DNA of 23,494 nucleotides from a virus (taxonomy: Duplodnaviria; Heunggongvirae; Uroviricota; Caudoviricetes): positions 1 to 23,494 of the IMG/VR virus record IMGVR_UViG_3300025597_000613; one strand, 5' to 3'. Below, in pieces: positions 14,785-21,982 of this stretch (position 1 is the first letter of the stretch; each line of letters starts with the position of its first letter). The notes under the pieces were generated by a model. That model saw nothing but the letters and a program-made list of their open reading frames with translations, had not been told where the DNA came from and made no database searches. Both the position numbers and the translations under genes were made by a program.

Positions 14785-15023
14785 CCTCTGGGGCCAACCA
14801 CAATAAAGTCACTATCATTAGTTGCATGAACCCACCGCGAAGCCTTGTCGTCCTGTCCCTTACCAATCGGGGCAACAAACAGCCAAGGGCCTGCCTTGTT
14901 AGGGGAAAAGAGAACGGTGGAGGTTTCGGCCAAGACATGCCAATCGGATCCGTGTTCACGAACTCGATTCTTGCCTTTTTGGCTGATACCTTGCAGTTTG
15001 ATTTCTTTCCCCAAAAAACTCAT
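14781..15023 (-). CDS. hypothetical protein (start MSFLGKEI; ISQKGKNRVREHG motif)
   Basis: Start reassigned to ATG 15023 with AAGGA SD. Confidence 0.8.
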   Translation of the reverse strand: MSFLGKEIKLQGISQKGKNRVREHGSDWHVLAETSTVLFSPNKAGPWLFVAPIGKGQDDKASRWVHATNDSDFIVVGPRG

Positions 15024-15040
15024 GATTATTTCCTTTGGTA

Positions 15041-15328
15041 CTACTTCAGAAAGGCATTGTATGCCACCGTCTTCAGTGAAATACCTTTTTCGATTCCGGA
15101 GATAAATGTATTCATCTCCCCTGCTCCCAGGCGAGGAGACCATTCTACCTCACCACCCGACGGACTAATGATCTCACAGATCATATATCCGCAGTCATTC
15201 TTATCGAGATAGAGATGACCGACATTCATCTGATTCGACATTGCACCCGGATCCCAGCGAAGGACGGGGCGACGAAGAATCTGGTTAAGCCAGTTCATTC
15301 GTTCAGTTAGTGACTTCTTGGTGGCCAT
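15041..15328 (-). CDS. hypothetical protein
   Basis: ORF in operon tiling. Confidence 0.8.
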   Translation of the reverse strand: MATKKSLTERMNWLNQILRRPVLRWDPGAMSNQMNVGHLYLDKNDCGYMICEIISPSGGEVEWSPRLGAGEMNTFISGIEKGISLKTVAYNAFLK

Positions 15329-15569
15329 AAATTTCCATCAGTTTGAAATGATCTAGCATATCCATAATAATGGAGAAGTCATCCAGGCTCACCGGTGCCG
15401 CAGTGTCTTTATCGCGCCATCCGAGTGACTCGATTCGAACCCACACCTTCTTCTTACCGGGGCGACGAAGAATCCAATCAAGGAATGTCTGATTGTATTC
15501 GATAGCCAGTTCTTCATTGCCATCCTCGTTCGAGGTGGCATGGAAGACACTTCTCCAGTTTCTGATCAT
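15303..15569 (-). CDS. hypothetical protein
   Basis: ORF, ATGA overlap, GAGG SD. Confidence 0.75.
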   Translation of the reverse strand: MIRNWRSVFHATSNEDGNEELAIEYNQTFLDWILRRPGKKKVWVRIESLGWRDKDTAAPVSLDDFSIIMDMLDHFKLMEIYGHQEVTN

Positions 15570-15799
15570 GCAGTGACCTCTTCGTCTTCATCATCCAGGT
15601 CGGCAATGATGGCATCGACGTTGATGCCTTTCAGCTTGCGTCGTGCAATGATGGTCTCCATCGTCACAGGACGAACTTCCCACAGCGGGCAGCTCTTCAC
15701 ATTGCAGGCCTCGACCTGAGCGCGCCACGAACCCGGCGCAGCATGGTCATAGGTGCAATCCTTGCACTTGGCTTCGACACATTTCTTCAGGCTTGCCAT
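15566..15799 (-). CDS. small zinc-binding phage protein (CxxC...C-x4-CPLW..RP)
   Basis: KCKDC...EACNVKSCPLWEVRP; AAGGAG SD. Confidence 0.8.
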   Translation of the reverse strand: MASLKKCVEAKCKDCTYDHAAPGSWRAQVEACNVKSCPLWEVRPVTMETIIARRKLKGINVDAIIADLDDEDEEVTA

Positions 15800-15823
15800 A
15801 ATAGCTCCTTAGTTGATTTATGT

Positions 15824-15852
15824 ATTGTAGTGCCGAGAGTGCTTCCTGTCAA
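15824..15852 (-). promoter_or_regulatory. sigma70-type promoter TTGACA-17-TACAAT
   Basis: Sequence. Confidence 0.85.
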
Positions 15853-15853
15853 C

Positions 15854-16018
15854 TTAAATGCCAAGCTTAATGGTATGGATGACAGCGCCGATGACGAGTC
15901 CGGTGACAAGGCCACTGACACCAATATATCGAGGATTCTCTGCCTTAATCATCTCGAAGATAAAGATTCCGAGATTACAGACAAGGAGGAAAAGGCCGAA
16001 TGCAAGATAAGGAGTCAT
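15854..16018 (-). CDS. 54-aa two-helix membrane protein missed by the ORF track (MTPYLAFGLFLLVCNLGIFIF...)
   Basis: ATG overlapping upstream TGA; hydrophobic; stop at 15854. Confidence 0.75.
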   Translation of the reverse strand: MTPYLAFGLFLLVCNLGIFIFEMIKAENPRYIGVSGLVTGLVIGAVIHTIKLGI

Positions 16019-16173
16019 ACAATCCCCAGTAGTAGAATTCGAAGGATGACAGCGGTCATGATTCCAAAACTGAATGCAGATATCACAGACATCAGCAATT
16101 GCTCATTGTATACCCAAAAGATTAGGCAACCGAGCAGTGTCAGCCACAGAAGAATCACAATTATGGTAAACAT
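16015..16173 (-). CDS. 52-aa two-helix membrane protein missed by the ORF track (MFTIIVILLWLTLLGCLIFWVY...)
   Basis: GAGGA SD, hydrophobic, fills gap. Confidence 0.75.
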   Translation of the reverse strand: MFTIIVILLWLTLLGCLIFWVYNEQLLMSVISAFSFGIMTAVILRILLLGIV

Positions 16174-16179
16174 AAGTCC

Positions 16180-16482
16180 TCAGTAGATTAGATAATGTGA
16201 AACCTTGCCATTGACAAGTTGAACGTGGGCCTTAGCCCATTTTCCTCGCCATGCCGATTTATGATATTCACATTTCGGTGTAGGTTCCTTATTAGGGCAG
16301 TGACCATCCTCGAGATGGTTGAACTCCCAGGAATAGAAACCTTGTGCATTCTTCAACCACCGATACCAAAGTGTGGCTGTCTTAATGCCATTCAGTTCAT
16401 TGTATGCATTCTTGTAGAATTCTTCGATCTTGCCTGCAAGTACCGATTTTGAATATTCTAGTTGTTGTTCAAGGGTTTTCAT
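16180..16482 (-). CDS. hypothetical protein
   Basis: ORF in operon tiling. Confidence 0.75.
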   Translation of the reverse strand: MKTLEQQLEYSKSVLAGKIEEFYKNAYNELNGIKTATLWYRWLKNAQGFYSWEFNHLEDGHCPNKEPTPKCEYHKSAWRGKWAKAHVQLVNGKVSHYLIY

Positions 16483-16897
16483 TTTTGGCTTCTACAGGAA
16501 TCTGATTACGAATCAGGAGTCGTTTCCAGGAAGCCCAGAATGCCGAACCAATATCCAGACTGACATAGTTCGAACCTTGCATTCCCTGTTCGCTATATTC
16601 AACATCCTGAACGGCCCGGCGCGAAAGTCCGAGTTCACGGAGACCCTTCTTGAATTCACGAAGCCAGAGCTTATCGGTGTAGATAAGTCCATGGCCGGCC
16701 ACATTCCAGGACCCTACAGTGAACCCATGATCGTCGAAATAAGCACGCAGTTCACCGTAGAATTCATCGTCAGGAAACATTACCAAACTATTGAATCCGA
16801 TATCAAGTTTCTTGATGTGGACTTCTCGTTCTTCCTGTGACCAATAACCCTTACCGTTGGTATGGGTGATAATGTTGGTGTCGACGTGCTTTTTCAT
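16469..16897 (-). CDS. hypothetical protein
   Basis: ORF, ATGA overlap. Confidence 0.8.
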   Translation of the reverse strand: MKKHVDTNIITHTNGKGYWSQEEREVHIKKLDIGFNSLVMFPDDEFYGELRAYFDDHGFTVGSWNVAGHGLIYTDKLWLREFKKGLRELGLSRRAVQDVEYSEQGMQGSNYVSLDIGSAFWASWKRLLIRNQIPVEAKNENP

Positions 16898-17277
16898 TTG
16901 TTGAATCCGTAATGGTTGGGAAGTTGACCAGTGCTATCAATCTGCTTAAATTCTCGCTTACGAGGCTGCGGTTTCCTGATGAGTTTATAACCCAATTTAT
17001 CTGCCGCCAATGCCATAAGGCGAAGTTCACGCTCCGGTGACAACCGGTGATTGCTATGACTATCACTGTGTGACAGCGGGGCCATACTTAGGTAATCGAA
17101 GATGGCTAGAGTCTGGGTACTGGTATGCGTGCATTCGACGACACGACCCCCGTGAAATTGACTTCCGTCCTGCCCTGCCTTATTCATGGCCTCGGCAATC
17201 TTTTGCCCAAGGAAGGGATCGCTTTCCCATTCATGGCAGAGATCATTATTGAGGATGACTACGGTGCGGTTACCCAT
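16894..17277 (-). CDS. hypothetical protein
   Basis: AGGAG SD, downstream of promoter 17297-17324. Confidence 0.8.
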   Translation of the reverse strand: MGNRTVVILNNDLCHEWESDPFLGQKIAEAMNKAGQDGSQFHGGRVVECTHTSTQTLAIFDYLSMAPLSHSDSHSNHRLSPERELRLMALAADKLGYKLIRKPQPRKREFKQIDSTGQLPNHYGFNK

Positions 17278-17296
17278 GTGTACTCCTGATTCAATA

Positions 17297-17324
17297 ATTA
17301 TAGCACCTGCTATAAAAACGTCAA
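17297..17324 (-). promoter_or_regulatory. sigma70-type promoter TTGACG-16-TATAAT overlapped by palindrome TTATAGCA-N2-TGCTATAA
   Basis: Sequence. Confidence 0.8.
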
Positions 17325-17327
17325 GCG

Positions 17328-17375
17328 GAAAAGAGAAAGCCCTGCAACCGGGACAGTTCCGGACTCAGCAGGGCT
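17328..17375 (-). terminator. terminator-like hairpin AGCCCTGC...GCAGGGCT plus UUCUCUUUU
   Basis: 8-bp outer stem, U-rich tail. Confidence 0.65.
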
Positions 17376-17880
17376 CACCGTTATGACCGTTGTTGGCACC
17401 GGATGCAGTACCAATCTCCGACACAGTACCTTCTATGTATTCACTAGATGCTCTCACCTCAGGGATGAGTATCCAGCTTTCCTCCAGTATACTCTGCGTC
17501 TATCACCAAATTATACTCTAATCAATATATGCATTGCACCCCGCAAAATCGGGCAAGCAAGTGGCCGGGATTCTTAGGCCCCTAACAAAAAATTATGAAA
17601 GTAATGTAAGTTTCTTTGGATATATCTCCTCAAGCCGATAAATCGGGTCAAAGATCTATCATATCATTTATGTAACGTTAATTCCATCGGCACCCGCCCT
17701 GTTGGACAGAAACCAAGTGGGTTGCACCTCTCAGTACAATACGGCTCAGTGAATGGCGAGGATTAGCTCCCGAACTACAATCCTACAAGCCATTCACCGG
17801 AGATTTGAGTTTCCCTTTCGGGCACAGATTTCTCTATGTCATCAGCACTCATCTTCTCCGACCGTTTCGTCCTTCTGAAC
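17328..17880 (-). ncRNA. candidate large structured RNA region (~550 nt)
   Basis: No credible ORF; nested stems with GNRA tetraloops and G-U pairs favouring the minus strand; 3' terminator. Confidence 0.5.
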
Positions 17881-17883
17881 TCG

Positions 17884-18072
17884 TCAGTTGTACAAATTTT
17901 CAAGCAGTAGATAAAGAGCAAAAAGAGTATTTAGAACAGGGCACAGAATCAAGAACATAGCAAAAATTCTTTCCTTCATGGTGAAGGGGTAACCCATTTC
18001 CACCCCGGCTCTATACTCCTTTGCAAGGAGCAAGGCCAGAACAATAACGGAAAGGATATACGCTGCAATCAT
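17884..18072 (-). CDS. small membrane protein (start MIAAYIL)
   Basis: Two hydrophobic segments, CPVLNTLF motif. Confidence 0.7.
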   Translation of the reverse strand: MIAAYILSVIVLALLLAKEYRAGVEMGYPFTMKERIFAMFLILCPVLNTLFALYLLLENLYN

Positions 18073-18105
18073 CTCAAGCTCGCTGTGCAATGCTTAAATA
18101 CTACT

Positions 18106-18280
18106 AAAAATCTGCCTCAGTTGCAAGCATCCGAGGTCTAGTATTTTTCAACCCTTCGGTTTAGCCTGGGAATTCAACCCAGCGACAAAAGAACGATGTA
18201 AGCCTTTCACTTACCTGCCCGCAAAATTCCCTGCGTTTTTTGGGTGGGACGCAGAGATACGCTTTCGCGTAGCCTTTAGA
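18106..18280 (-). ncRNA. candidate structured RNA with GAAA tetraloops and terminator
   Basis: UACGC-GAAA-GCGUA, GUAAG-UGAAAG-GCUUAC, CUGGG-UUGAAUU-CCCAG, terminal CCUCGG/CUGAGG plus U-run. Confidence 0.45.
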
Positions 18281-18377
18281 ACTCACGCTTCGGTCTTGAA
18301 CCGAACATCAAACGGACTTCAGGCATGCTTGCAGGGCCCTACGTCAAATCTCGTCTGAAGCATCCCCATTCGTGAGC
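18281..18377 (-). other. tRNA-like element (acceptor stem and canonical T-arm, no D-stem, extended central arm)
   Basis: GCUCACG/CGUGAGU; UUCGG-UUCAAGA-CCGAA; GCUUCAG/CUGAAGU; no encoded CCA. Confidence 0.45.
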
Positions 18378-18382
18378 ATATT

Positions 18383-18455
18383 TGGCGTCTTCTTGCAGGC
18401 CTTGAACCTACCAGTGATACATCATTAACGATCAAAGTGTTCCAACCTAGAAGAC
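18383..18455 (-). pseudogene. degenerate tRNA with encoded CCA; anticodon not assignable
   Basis: GUCUUCU/AGAAGAC-G-CCA; T-arm GUAGG-UUCAAGG-CCUGC; poor D-arm and irregular anticodon arm. Confidence 0.5.
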
Positions 18456-18466
18456 AAATTTGAAAA

Positions 18467-18537
18467 GTCCCACGGGGAGTCGAAACCCCAATCGCGTTAT
18501 TTTAAGAAGCGCGACGTCAACCTTTAGATGACAGGAT
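18467..18537 (-). pseudogene. degenerate tRNA-like sequence
   Basis: D-like CAUCUAAAGGUUGAC, UCGCG/CGCGA stem with 13-nt loop, GGGG-UUUCGACU-CCCC; weak acceptor stem. Confidence 0.35.
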
Positions 18538-18563
18538 GCAGCCCGTTCATCTACGACGGAAAC

Positions 18564-18704
18564 TTACAGGGTACGACAGAAAGAAAAGTGGGGCCGACCC
18601 TACGGCGCTGGGGATAACCCATCTATTCTCTTCCGATTGCAACAGAACTTGGAGAAAGTGGCATTTGCATCTACCCGAATCCCCTTGTCTATCGCCCCCT
18701 GTAA
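18564..18704 (-). ncRNA. candidate ~140-nt RNA closed by a long basal stem
   Basis: UUACAGGG/CCCUGUAA plus GCGAUAGA/UCUGUCGU; inner GGGGAU/AUCCCC and GCCG/CGGC; weak promoter upstream. Confidence 0.5.
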
Positions 18705-18719
18705 ATTCCCAACAATCTT

Positions 18720-18748
18720 ATTTTGCTGTATTAGCAAGGATAGGTCAA
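18720..18748 (-). promoter_or_regulatory. weak-consensus sigma70 promoter TTGACC-17-CAAAAT with spacer palindrome TTGCT-N5-AGCAA
   Basis: Sequence; precedes the RNA cluster. Confidence 0.45.
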
Positions 18749-18759
18749 CTGGTGCTATA

Positions 18760-19155
18760 CTAAATGTAGAGACAGTGAATAAATTCCTTCAATGCCACAC
18801 GCTCTTCCTTTGAAAGTTTTTCAAAGGTTTCTTTAGCTAGAATATATCTTTTTGCCTTAGCATCTTGTTCGACTTGAATTTCTTTTAGTTTGCCTTCGAT
18901 GTTTTCAATTTCCCATTCATCAGATTCATAATGAATTTCGTCATCGTAGAAACCGTTTTGTTCATCGTTGAAGACAAGCTTAGGACCTATAGCGGTTAGG
19001 ACGAGATGGGAGGAAACACCGAGCTTTTCGGCCAGTACCTGTGCTTCAAGCATTCTCTTAGGAATACTTTTCCTAAATTCAGCCAATGCGAGCTCAGCCG
19101 CCGCCTGTTCAGCAGCCAACCTTTCAGCTTTTTGTTCTTTGGTCTCTTTAGCCAT
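18760..19155 (-). CDS. hypothetical protein, probably leaderless
   Basis: ORF; ATG 6 nt after the -10 box. Confidence 0.8.
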   Translation of the reverse strand: MAKETKEQKAERLAAEQAAAELALAEFRKSIPKRMLEAQVLAEKLGVSSHLVLTAIGPKLVFNDEQNGFYDDEIHYESDEWEIENIEGKLKEIQVEQDAKAKRYILAKETFEKLSKEERVALKEFIHCLYI

Positions 19156-19161
19156 GAGACT

Positions 19162-19190
19162 ATTTTATGTTGAGTAAGTTTGGTTGTCAA
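19162..19190 (-). promoter_or_regulatory. sigma70-type promoter TTGACA-17-TAAAAT
   Basis: Sequence. Confidence 0.85.
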
Positions 19191-20419
19191 TAGGCGTAAC
19201 GACGCGCAGTGAGATAATTCTTTCTCATCCAATGATTGACTGCATGCATTTCTTCGGGTCGTGCCTGCCGGTTAGCGAAACCGCGAATTTGTATCACTTC
19301 GCCGTTCTCGTTGATTTCGAGAGTGAGCGCACGTTCAAAAGCAATCGATTTCTTCGGTTGATGCCTCTTCACGCTCCAGATGCTGGATTTGCCACTAACG
19401 CATTTTTCTTGATAGCTATAGACACAGTGGTGCATAGCCGTCCCCTCAGCCGCCAGATCCTTGCTGGTCTTGATCTGAGTGAAAGACCATTTGTTTCCAG
19501 GCATGCCATCGAGCTCGAACTCATCATCCGCAATAGGAATGCCCTCCCACCTGGCATCGCCCATCCTTTTCACGCGGGCGAGTTCGTAGTGCCAATCTTG
19601 CATTTGGCGACGCAGAGATTGGAGGTTACGGCCCCTCAGGCTATAATGCGTCTGTTGGATACGTGCCCGATTATCGCAGTGAATGAAATAGTCGATAAGG
19701 TCATTCATCTCCTGCAGAGGGATTTCGTTGCTGCAGAAGAATTGAATAACTTCTCTCCAGATGTTACGTTCCAGCCAGGTAATGCCGGGGAAATCTCGAA
19801 GCTTAGACTTCATCACGCGAGTGCGAATTCCCAGGTCCTGGGTATGATTGGTGGCAATGGCGAAGATGATCGCCTCCCTGAAATCGGCATCTACGGGGCA
19901 GTTCAGGAAAGTGTGAGTTTCTTGTTTAGAAAGAATGCCTTTGGTGTGCTCTTTGTACAGGGAACCACCAGAAGCGGCAGTGATAAACCATTGCCGGCGA
20001 AGACGAATTTCTTCGGCAGACACACGAACAATATCTTGTCGCGCCTGGCGCCGCTCCCACCAATGTTGTCGTAGATTGGTATTACTGACAATTTCTTGTT
20101 CCAGATACCAGCATTCCTGCAGGTAGGAAGGAACCTTGTACTTACCGAAGAGATGCGTGGCAACTGCCAGCGTAATTTTTCCACGATCCTTCGTTCGAAG
20201 GGAACGATTGAAGGTGCTAATCTCACGGATACGACGATCGCCATAGTCCAGGATAAGCTTCTGTGCAATGTTCTCGAGGGAATTTTTCATATCTTCTTCC
20301 AGCTTCTTAGCTTCATGGCTTCGGATGGAAGAAGACAGCATCGCCTTGGTTCGTGCCTCAATGGCCTCCTGTTCACGGAGACGTTCTTTAAGACCACCTT
20401 GATGTTTTTGTTTTGCCAT
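19187..20419 (-). CDS. PcfJ-domain protein, probably leaderless
   Basis: C-terminal QIKTSKDLAAEGTAMHHCVYSY...SIWSV...TLEI...IQIRGFAN typical of PcfJ-like domains. Confidence 0.85.
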   Translation of the reverse strand: MAKQKHQGGLKERLREQEAIEARTKAMLSSSIRSHEAKKLEEDMKNSLENIAQKLILDYGDRRIREISTFNRSLRTKDRGKITLAVATHLFGKYKVPSYLQECWYLEQEIVSNTNLRQHWWERRQARQDIVRVSAEEIRLRRQWFITAASGGSLYKEHTKGILSKQETHTFLNCPVDADFREAIIFAIATNHTQDLGIRTRVMKSKLRDFPGITWLERNIWREVIQFFCSNEIPLQEMNDLIDYFIHCDNRARIQQTHYSLRGRNLQSLRRQMQDWHYELARVKRMGDARWEGIPIADDEFELDGMPGNKWSFTQIKTSKDLAAEGTAMHHCVYSYQEKCVSGKSSIWSVKRHQPKKSIAFERALTLEINENGEVIQIRGFANRQARPEEMHAVNHWMRKNYLTARRYAY

Positions 20420-20424
20420 ACCTT

Positions 20425-20453
20425 ATTATGTAGGTATTTATGATAATGGTCAA
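20425..20453 (-). promoter_or_regulatory. sigma70-type promoter TTGACC-17-CATAAT
   Basis: Sequence. Confidence 0.8.
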
Positions 20454-20464
20454 CCAGGAAATTA

Positions 20465-20704
20465 TTATTTTTTCTTGCTTAGATGATAGGCCATCATACT
20501 TTTTTCATATTCATCCATCCTCCATCCGTGGAATGATAGGATGATTTCTACATCGTTCCTTGATGCACCGGGACCGGTGTTTTTGTAATAATTTGTAACA
20601 ATCTCAAGCATCCTATCAAAGGGAAGGCGCTTTAGTATACGAAAAGTATCTTCGGGTGTATTAGCGGGTTCGCCATACTTTGGTATTGGTGGAATCTTAG
20701 CCAT
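20465..20704 (-). CDS. small protein, paralog family B
   Basis: TPEDTFRILKRLPF...HGWRMDEY; TGATG overlap. Confidence 0.8.
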   Translation of the reverse strand: MAKIPPIPKYGEPANTPEDTFRILKRLPFDRMLEIVTNYYKNTGPGASRNDVEIILSFHGWRMDEYEKSMMAYHLSKKK

Positions 20705-20934
20705 CAATCAAATCCAGCATTTTTAGTAGATGCCCGATAGAATTCATCTTTCGTCCATCCGATGGTCTTGAGAGCCTCTATTGCACCATCCACCGTGAAA
20801 CCATTATCTATAACCCTATTCCATGCAATACATGCCTGTTCGAATGTTCCACGTCGGAGTCTTCTAAAAAGTTCATCTTCAGAACTAATGGTCGCCGATT
20901 GTAGTGATCTATTTTCCGACATACATCGCACCAT
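20704..20934 (-). CDS. small protein, paralog family B
   Basis: SEDELFRRLRRGTF...IGWTKDEF; start may be 20922. Confidence 0.75.
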   Translation of the reverse strand: MVRCMSENRSLQSATISSEDELFRRLRRGTFEQACIAWNRVIDNGFTVDGAIEALKTIGWTKDEFYRASTKNAGFD

Positions 20935-21023
20935 TTGTGGTTTGGTTCTTACGGACTGCAGGATGTTTTCACAGAGCCCTTGTCTGCCTTCTTGTTAGGA
21001 CGACAGATACCGGCCTTCCCACC

Positions 21024-21227
21024 TTAAAATCCCCTACAAGAACTGTAGTCTCCTGCCTTGTAGCGTTCATCTAAAAAGTCATTATAGTCCCATCCATAGC
21101 GTCGGACAATTGCAGCCTCTCCCGGATAACTGTCTGAACCGGATGACCTTGATTCACGATGAAGGATAGCTTTCAGCTCTTGAAAGGTTACTTCCCTCTT
21201 CAACACACGAAAGGTAATATCATCCAT
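21024..21227 (-). CDS. small protein, paralog family B (start MDDITF)
   Basis: DDITFRVLKREVTF...YGWDYNDF; AAGG SD. Confidence 0.75.
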   Translation of the reverse strand: MDDITFRVLKREVTFQELKAILHRESRSSGSDSYPGEAAIVRRYGWDYNDFLDERYKAGDYSSCRGF

Positions 21228-21516
21228 AGGCACCTTTAATGATCTTGCCTCCAAGGAAATTAGATCTCCAGATCTCATTGTTAAGATCATTGGAACTAAA
21301 TGTAACATCAGGATCGGCATCCATTGCGTTAACGAAGTCAATGTAAGACCAACCATGAGATTCTATCAACTCAGCATTACCTGCTGCGACCGCACCACCA
21401 AGAGGAGTCCTGTCGGCACAGAGTATGAAGAGTTGCCTAAAGGGCATTCTTTTCAGAGCGAGGAAAGTATCCTCTTCAGACCTGCACTGGTTCGAATTCG
21501 ATGGTGTTGACATCAT
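21220..21516 (-). CDS. small protein, paralog family B
   Basis: SEEDTFLALKRMPF...HGWSYIDF. Confidence 0.8.
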   Translation of the reverse strand: MMSTPSNSNQCRSEEDTFLALKRMPFRQLFILCADRTPLGGAVAAGNAELIESHGWSYIDFVNAMDADPDVTFSSNDLNNEIWRSNFLGGKIIKGAYG

Positions 21517-21859
21517 TTAATTTCGCCCAGAAGCGAACTGCTTGACGAGGGACCCTATATTCTTGTCCATTATGGTAATGTTCGATTCGTGGATTCGTGC
21601 GGCGATTTTTCCAAAGGAATGTTACCGAATCGAAATCATCTTTACCCTTGCGAATATAGATGCGATCAATTTTCAAGATTTCGCCGGCCGGAATAAGAAT
21701 TTTTGTCGGCGGCATATCATTATTCCACCGCTTTGGATCAAAGCCCGGAATTTCTAAATATTCGAAGATGGTCGAGTTTCGGCTCTCGTCCTGAATAGTA
21801 GGTTCCCAGTCTGCTAGAAGCCTGAGTTCATCACCAACAGAAGGAATGTAAAGTTTCAT
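21476..21859 (-). CDS. conserved-looking large-phage hypothetical protein (MKLYIP...DRIYIRKG motif)
   Basis: ORF, ATGA overlap. Confidence 0.8.
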   Translation of the reverse strand: MKLYIPSVGDELRLLADWEPTIQDESRNSTIFEYLEIPGFDPKRWNNDMPPTKILIPAGEILKIDRIYIRKGKDDFDSVTFLWKNRRTNPRIEHYHNGQEYRVPRQAVRFWAKLNDVNTIEFEPVQV

Positions 21860-21978
21860 AGGCTCACCAGTCTATTGAAGGGAGGAAGACTACCAAATTT
21901 ACGATAATGCTCAATGAGATGCTTAGGGGCATCGATGATCATTACCTGTTGGCCGGGGTATGAAATCTCAATCTTCAT
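21856..21978 (-). CDS. 40-aa hypothetical protein (start MKIEISY)
   Basis: Start reassigned to follow the upstream stop at 21983. Confidence 0.55.
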   Translation of the reverse strand: MKIEISYPGQQVMIIDAPKHLIEHYRKFGSLPPFNRLVSL

Positions 21979-21982
21979 AGGT

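Noticed and set aside
14206-14829. 207-aa plus-strand ORF
   Set aside because: Antisense shadow of the histone-like gene
17345-17385. Cobalamin riboswitch-like words (CGGUGA...AGUCCGGAACUGUCCCG)
   Set aside because: Interrupted by the terminator stem and lacking the rest of the B12 box
17470-17490. RNase P RNA-like GAGGAAAG
   Set aside because: Not GAGGAAAGUCC, and no complementary P4 partner found
17805-17875. Hammerhead ribozyme (GGACGAAAC and CUGAUGA both present)
   Set aside because: Elements cannot be arranged into a valid core: no R10.1-Y11.1 pair and no NUH site with stem I
18660-18702. tmRNA-like 5' end GGGGGCGA
   Set aside because: No matching acceptor/T-arm 3' end and no tag ORF ending in ALAA-like residues
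19184-20074. 296-aa plus-strand ORF
   Set aside because: Antisense shadow of the PcfJ gene
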